Source: Octopus sinensis (taxonomy: Eukaryota). Taken from it: a stretch of 64,000 nt of DNA. Positions 57,241 through 64,000 of this stretch are shown here, piece after piece. The stretch covers positions 25,544,001 to 25,608,000 of the forward strand of contig NC_042997.1 of NCBI RefSeq assembly GCF_006345805.1. Reading direction: 5' to 3'. Position numbers and translations under genes: made by a program. Numbering within the stretch: the stretch's first letter is position 1; each line of letters begins with the position of its first letter. The notes under the pieces were generated by a model. That model searched no databases, was not told the DNA's origin, and saw only the letters and a program-made list of their open reading frames with translations.

Positions 57241-57964
57241 ATGGAAAATTACCGATACTACTACAGTTATCGTTGATGTTGTTTTAGTCCTGACGATAAT
57301 CATCATTATAAAGGATAGTAGAGTCGATTTTGTTTTCTTTTTCTCCTCTTAACTCTACTCTTCCACATCTTCTTCCACCACCTTCTTTATTTCAAATCTT
57401 TATATATTTGTTCAAATGAGTATGCATAATTTATTATCAGCTGCCAGTTTTGTACATTCGATTGACTGGCGTGAACTGATGAAACGATGGAAAACAAAAA
57501 CGAATACAGAAAAACTCGACCAAGACCTGCAAACAAACATGTAAAACCGAGAGCGACACTAGTATTTCAAATCTAGATGAAAATTTGCTGATAGTCAGAC
57601 ATGATCGGTTAAATGTATTGTATTTGTTAGACTTTATCGTCCAAATTGGTCATGCAATTCTGGCCTAGAGAGCAGGAATGTACCTAATACAACTCAAAAT
57701 AAAACGTAACAGCAACATATGTCATCGTATAGATTTTAAAAAATGAGATGAGGTTAAAACAGAATTTAAGGTAAAAAGAAAGGAAAATGTACTTAATTAA
57801 TCTAGCCTTCGGGCTAGAGCTGCCAACAGTGTTATTAGCGTTAAAATTCTTTATTCAAATATGCGCTGAAGACTATATTATACATCGGTTCGCCGTGAAA
57901 GATAAACTCAACTGCGTATGGTGACACAAACCAGTTGTATTCCAATTTTATCGGATAATGAAGA

Positions 57965-58110
57965 CCCGTGGCCTAGTAGATATCGTGTTACCCTCAGGAT
58001 TGTAAGATCATAGTTTCGAATATGGAACTGACTGTTGTGCCGTATTCTTGGAGAAGACATGACATTTCGCATTGCTGCTGTCCGCTCAGTACTAAATGAG
58101 CTCCAGGAAT
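57965..58110 (+). mobile_element. Degraded G-like SINE head and core
   Basis: gtggcctagtag...gtttcgaa...ttcttggagaagacat...tgctgctgtccgctcagtactaaatgag. Confidence 0.5.
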
Positions 58111-58179
58111 ATCAGTGAAGTTAACAATGTGACTGACCGACGGCCCGTTCTTGGGTATGTGTGTGTCGAAATTTCAGTC

Positions 58180-59300
58180 ACCCACTCACTATAGCAAGCG
58201 GGTTAAAGCTCCGGCTTAATAGTCTTATGTGTCATGACAGACCTAGGTTTACGTCTATAGAAAGCCCTAAATTCTCCTCTCGTTTACACAAATGGCTGCA
58301 ACGGATTCCAGCGCGCCATACCGAACAAATACGAGTGCGTGCGGGTTTACTTCCGAAATTATGTTTCTGGCATTTAGCTTTGAAGACAATATTTTTGTCT
58401 TTTGCTTCATGTCATAGTATTTGATTCCTTCTACATCAAGTATTCCCAGGTATTTATAGTTGGATTAAGGTTCAATTGCCTTAATCATTTCACCTCTTGG
58501 CAACCATGTACCTGCTGTACTGAAAAGCTTTCCTCATCTCGTCAACATCATAGCAAATTCCATCTTAATATATTATTGGAAAAAATACTCACAGACAGGA
58601 CTAGGCTGTCCAGATCTGCCTCAGTTTTTGTGAATAGCTTCAGGCCGTCCATGAATAGCAAGTGGTTCAGTTTTCCCTTTCTTCTTCTCAGCTCATATTC
58701 CAATTTTGTTTTCTGTAGTATTTCACTCAAGGGTATCATTTCCAGCACGAAGATCAATGGAAACACACTGACTCTGGAAGATATGTCTTTTGATTTTCAG
58801 TTCTCCTAATACTTGATTTCCTGCTGTCAGTTCCTATCTTCAGCATTTCCTGATATTTCATATAAGGCTTCTCATATTTTCTGCTGCTCCATACATTTCC
58901 ATTGCTTTTATTATCTAAGAGTATGGTACTATATTGTATATTTTACAATCGTCAAACCATACTATGCTCAGGTTTGGGTGTCTTCTCTTGCAGTTCCTGA
59001 TTAGATTATCAGTTAAGATCTGATCCTTCGTTCCCCGGCTCCTAATTCGGAACCCTTTCAGTTCAGTTTGTAGCAGCCCACAGTTTTCCAGGTATCTATG
59101 CAGTTCACCGATCAAAGCATTCGTTTCCGCATATACGTAAGGCACACTATTGGTCCAAAGCTGGACGCAACGTTTCCTTTTTCAGGCTCCTTGGCATATA
59201 ACAATATGTTTCCCTTCGTCATCCAGCTGGGTATTGTACCTTCCTGCTAGCCCTCATCTAGCTGTTGCGCTATATTTTCATGGAGCCCTCTTAGCTTCTT
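58180..59300 (-). mobile_element. Second R4/Dong-like LINE remnant (RT domain)
   Basis: IPSWMTKG, RGTKDQIL, PLIFVLEMIPLS, KLNHLLFMDGLKLF (decayed FMDD), YKYLGIL, SKLNARNII..VRYGA. Confidence 0.85.
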
Positions 59301-59318
59301 CACTTCTGTTGTTGTTGT

Positions 59319-59359
<41 letters not shown>

Positions 59360-59509
59360 AGACACAGAAACGTTAGCACGCTGGGCGAAATGTGTAGCGG
59401 TATTTCGTCTGTCTTTATGTTCTGAGTTCAAATTCCGCCAGTTCCGTACTGAGGTCGAAATAATCGACTTGCTCCCTCCCCCAACATTTCGTTCTATTTG
59501 TTGTTGTTG

Positions 59510-59561
<52 letters not shown>

Positions 59562-59570
59562 CATCACTAA

Positions 59571-60466
59571 GGCGACGAGCTGGCAGAACCGTTAGCACGC
59601 TGATTGGAATGCTTAGCGGTATTTTGCCCGTCTCAACATTCTGAGTTCAAATTCCGCTAAGGTCGACTTTGACTTTCGGCCGCTCGGTTTCGATAAATTA
59701 TTTATCAGTGAAACACTAGGGTAGATGTAATCGACTTAATCACCTCACCCAAGTTGCCCTTGTGGCAAAAATTTAACATCATTATGATTATTCTACTAAG
59801 GCAGCGAGCGGGCAAAATGCTTTGCTGTATTTCCTCTGCCAATACTTTCTGAGTTCAAATTCCGCCGAGGTAGACTATGCTTTCACCTTTTCGGGGCCGA
59901 TAAATTAAGTACCAGTTGCGTACTTGGGTCGATGTAATCAGCTTAATCTCTTTCCCCTAACTCGAGGCTTTGCGCTTCCAGTAGGAAGGATTATTATTAT
60001 TATTATTATTATTTATTATTATTATTATTATTATTATCATCACTAAGGCGACGAGCTGGCAGAACCGTTAGCACGCTGATTGGAATGCTTAGCGGTATTT
60101 TGCCCGTCTCAACATTCTGAGTTCAAATTCCGCTAAGGTCGACTTTGACTTTCGGCCGCTCGGTTTCGATAAATTATTTATCAGTGAAACACTAGGGTAG
60201 ATGTAATCGACTTAATCACCTCACCCAAGTTGCCCTTGTGGCAAAAATTTAACATCATTATGATTATTCTACTAAGGCAGCGAGCGGGCAAAATGCTTTG
60301 CTGTATTTCCTCTGCCAATACTTTCTGAGTTCAAATTCCGCCGAGGTAGACTATGCTTTCACCTTTTCGGGGCCGATAAATTAAGTACCAGTTGCGTACT
60401 TGGGTCGATGTAATCAGCTTAATCTCTTTCCCCTAACTCGAGGCTTTGCGCTTCCAGTAGGAAGGA
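59571..60466 (+). repeat. Identical 476-bp tandem duplication, each unit holding two degraded family A copies and an ATT array
   Basis: 59571-59990 and 60047-60466 read identically. Confidence 0.92.
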
Positions 60467-60475
60467 TTATTATTA

Positions 60476-60522
<47 letters not shown>

Positions 60523-60534
60523 CATTATTATTTG

Positions 60535-60730
60535 TCATCTGACGGAATTGTTAGCATGTCAGGAAAAATACTTAGTGCCATTTCGCCTGAGTTCAAATTA
60601 CGCCGAGGTTGACTTTGCGTTTCATTTTTCTGGTTCAATAAAATAAAATAATTACCAGCTGCGTACACGAGTTGATGAAATTGACTAGCTCCCTCCCACC
60701 AAAGTTCTGGCCTAATGCCTATAGTAGAAA
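60535..60730 (+). mobile_element. Degraded family A copy
   Basis: gttagcatg...gagttcaaattacgccgaggttgactttgc. Confidence 0.7.
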
Positions 60731-60781
60731 TGATTATTATCAACGTTGTTGTTGTTGATATATTTTTGCTTTGTTGTTATT

Positions 60782-61217
60782 AAGGCGGCATGCTGGCAGA
60801 ATTGTTAGTAACCCAGGGAAAATGTTTAGTCGGATTTCGTCGATTCTCTTTTACTTATTTCAGTAATTTGACTGTAGCCATGCTGTGGCCATGCTAGAGT
60901 ACCGCTTTTTAGTCGACCAAATCGACCCCATGACTTATTCTTTGTAAGCCTAGTACTTCTTCTATCGGTCGCTTTTGCCGAACCGCTAAGTTACAGGGGA
61001 CGTAAACACACCAGCATCAGTTGTCAAGCGATGCTGGAGGAGGGATAAACACAGACATACCAACATATACACACACACACACACACACACATACATATAT
61101 CACGTGATCACGTAACCGACCAGACCATCAGATGTTGTTACACATCGCTGGTCACAATGCGTTCACATTGTTTTAGCCTTAGAATGACGCCACCCCGCTG
61201 GCTAAGCGAGTAGGCCA

Positions 61218-61279
<62 letters not shown>

Positions 61280-61590
61280 TACGACGTGCTTCTTTCAGTT
61301 TCCATCGGACAAATCCACTCACAAGGCTTTAGTCTGCCCGAGACTATAGTAGAAGACACCAGCCCAAGGTGCCACGCGGTGGGACTGAACCCGAAACCAT
61401 GTGGTTCGTTAGCAAGCTACTTACGACACAGCCACTCTTACGTCTATCTTAACTTTCTGATTTCAAATTCCACAGAGTTCGACTTTGCATTTTATCTTTC
61501 AAGTGTAGATATAAATACGTACCAGTTGAACACTCTCCCGACAAATTTGAGTCCTTGTGTCTATAAAATAAATGGTTATCATTATTATTA
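60782..61590 (+). mobile_element. Family A copy split by a family B insertion (60846-61440, -), itself carrying repeat D (61101-61218, -)
   Basis: A head ggcggcatgctggcagaa...atttcgtc stops at ~60845 and resumes cgtctatcttaactttctgatttcaaattcc at 61441. Confidence 0.8.
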
Positions 61591-61889
61591 GTAGTATCAA
61601 TTGCATTATGAATATTATCGTAATTATCATCGTAATAATTATTAGTGTTGTCCTTCTGTCTAGATAACATTATTCTATTTTATGTTCTTCCATTCTAACC
61701 TCTATAGTTTTTGTTTATTTTATTATCGGTATCATCTCCCTCCCATCGATTCATCTTTCTTACTCATATCCTTATTTTTTGCAAAACTGGATGCCATCAC
61801 TTCTATCTACTAACTTATCAATCTTTCTGTGTATCGATCTTTTTGTCTTTCTATATCTAGTTATCTTCTATCTCTCTCCCCTATATATA

Positions 61890-62245
61890 GGTGGTGGTAC
61901 TCCGTCGGTTATAACGACGAGTGTTCCAGTTGATCCGACCAACGGAACAGCCTTCTCGTGAAATGAACGTGCAAGTGGCCGAGCACTCCACAGACACGGG
62001 GAGATGCAGTGTGACACAAAGTGTAACAAGACTGGCCCTTTGAAATACAGGTACAACAGAAACAGGAAGAAAGAGTGAAAGTTTTGGTGAAAGAGTACAG
62101 CAGGGTTAACCACCACTCCCTGTCGGAGCTTTAGATGTTTTCGCTCAATACACACTCACAATGCCGTCTGCGAATCGAAACCGCGATTCTAAGACCGCGA
62201 TTCTAAGACCGCGAGTCCGCTGCCCTAACTACATGGCCATTGCGC

Positions 62246-62248
<3 letters not shown>
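61890..62248 (-). mobile_element. tRNA-headed SINE family E
   Basis: Reverse complement gaggcgcaatggccatgtagttagggcagcggactcgcgg...ggtttcgattc (A and B boxes; 14-bp internal tandem duplication), tail ...ctgttccgttggtcggatcaactggaacactcgtcg. Confidence 0.8.
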
Positions 62249-62301
<53 letters not shown>

Positions 62302-62302
62302 G

Positions 62303-62369
<67 letters not shown>

Positions 62370-62450
62370 CTGTATGTATGTATGTATAATATATATATAT
62401 GTATGTATGTATGTATGTATATATATATATATATATATTATATATATGTA
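62246..62450. repeat. (TC)n/(TA)n/(TATG)n array
   Basis: Direct reading. Confidence 0.92.
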
Positions 62451-64000
62451 TATATGGACATCGATGTATGTTTATGTGTGTGTATGCATGTATGTATTTT
62501 ATTTTATTCTTTTTCTCTTTCCAAGTATCTTTTTTATATTCTCTGTCATTTATACTTTTTTCATTTCTTTTTTACACAATTCCAAGTTCAGGTTTTATTT
62601 CTTTGTACTGCATTTTTGAGTATATTTATTATTCGCTCTCTTGTTTTCCTTCACTTCCAAACCTAAGCTTATGTTTTCTGTTGCTATTTAGATGTTTGCA
62701 AATAATTTTGCATTTTTTGTTTCTTTTCGTTTCGTTCTTATAATTTCTTCGGTGCTGGCCATGTTTTCAAAATAAAAACAAAAAAATATATGGCAAAGAA
62801 AAGTACAGAAACGAATCATTTCTCAGAAATTGCATTCCGTTCCACTTCTGCTGTCAGTATTTTCAAACCGATCAAAATCTGCGACATGTGGAACGCTACT
62901 CGCTGAAGAGAATAATTCTTTCTATCCTTCAGCAGCGATACGCCATCATGGCGACAATGATACCATTGACGTTGCAAGGCTTGATTGCATCCAGGGCGAC
63001 TACAAAATCAACAACACCATCGAAAAAAAAAAACAGCAGAAAATAAACTTTATCATACGCGATAGAATTAAAATAGACAAAACACGATCCGAACTTGATG
63101 ATATTTCTTGCAACTACGTCTTGTCTTGTACAATCTCCACCTCCGCCCCCCACCAATGTAAAAAAAATGAAAAGAATAGAATAAAATGAGAAGCAAAAGA
63201 AAACATCATATAAGCATTTCAATGCAAATCCTTGATAAAATACAGTCAGAATTTTTATTATTGTTTCGTAGGTATTTTCATATTATTTACATTTTTTTTT
63301 ATATCGACATTGTCCATCCTTCTTTCACCAAACTCTGATTACTTAACGCATCTTAAAATCTAATTCAAAAGTAGAGACGTATTAAAGTCTAAATATGATT
63401 ATGCTCTGCATTCTAAAGTTACTGTTGTTTTTTATTAACCGAAAATATATGAATCGGATGACCACTTTTTGGCTGAAAAGTATCTTCACTCATTTTGTAA
63501 GAACTTCATTTGTTTAATTAAATTTTACAGATTTCTTTGTGACTTTACTTCCTTTTTTTGTTTTACTTCTGATTTTCTCGGAGACTTAAGATTAGTAAAA
63601 TATATAATCTGATGTAAATAATAATTTGAAAAGGAGAATAGTTAGAACGTATTCTGTATGTGTGGCAACAAAAGCTAACTTTATTTTGCATTGAAGGTGT
63701 TTCAAGGGAAAGAAAATCTGACGAGAATTATTTCAAAGCAGTTTGGGATTTCTTCAATAAAGCGTGACTGTTGAAGAAGAAAGAAAAAAGATTAGGGAAT
63801 AACCTCAAGAGAAAGTAATGAATTTGAGGAATATTGCAATGCAATTACCAAATACATTGTGGAAAAGCGTATTTTTACTATTCCACATGGTACATAGATT
63901 TGTTAAACACTTTCAGAATAAAGAAACAAATGACTTTCAGCATAAAGCATAATATTTATTTCTAATTGAAAAAAAAAACTGCAAGTAAGCAAATTATAAG

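Noticed and set aside
63695-63895. Protein-like fragments (RKSDENYFKAVWDFFNK; EFEEYCNAITKYIVEKRIF)
   Set aside because: Broken by stops or frameshifts and unrecognised; cannot be called

Overview
AT-rich, microsatellite-dense eukaryotic DNA that reads as intronic or intergenic. The repeat families resemble those I recall from octopus (coleoid cephalopod) genomes; the taxon is an inference. No complete host protein-coding gene, rRNA, intact tRNA, CRISPR array or prokaryotic system can be supported, and almost all listed ORFs are translations of simple repeats. Supported content: (i) many tRNA-headed SINE-like families (called A, B, D, E, G here) and two unclassified repeats (C, F); (ii) decayed non-LTR retrotransposons (RTE-like, CR1-like, three R4/Dong-like pieces); (iii) Tc1/mariner relics and MITEs; (iv) long di-, tri- and tetranucleotide arrays. 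The most unusual structures are a fixed-spacing ACGTCA-N12-CCAAT array (27.7-28.1 kb), an inverted locally templated insertion with a 23-bp flanking duplication inside a LINE (55.8-56.8 kb), interlocked inverted repeats (12.9-13.4 kb), a 29-bp GC-rich hairpin (43.2 kb), an identical 476-bp tandem duplication and a triple-nested SINE. I could not establish a new biological system from sequence alone. Coordinates were counted by eye; the ends of degraded elements are approximate.
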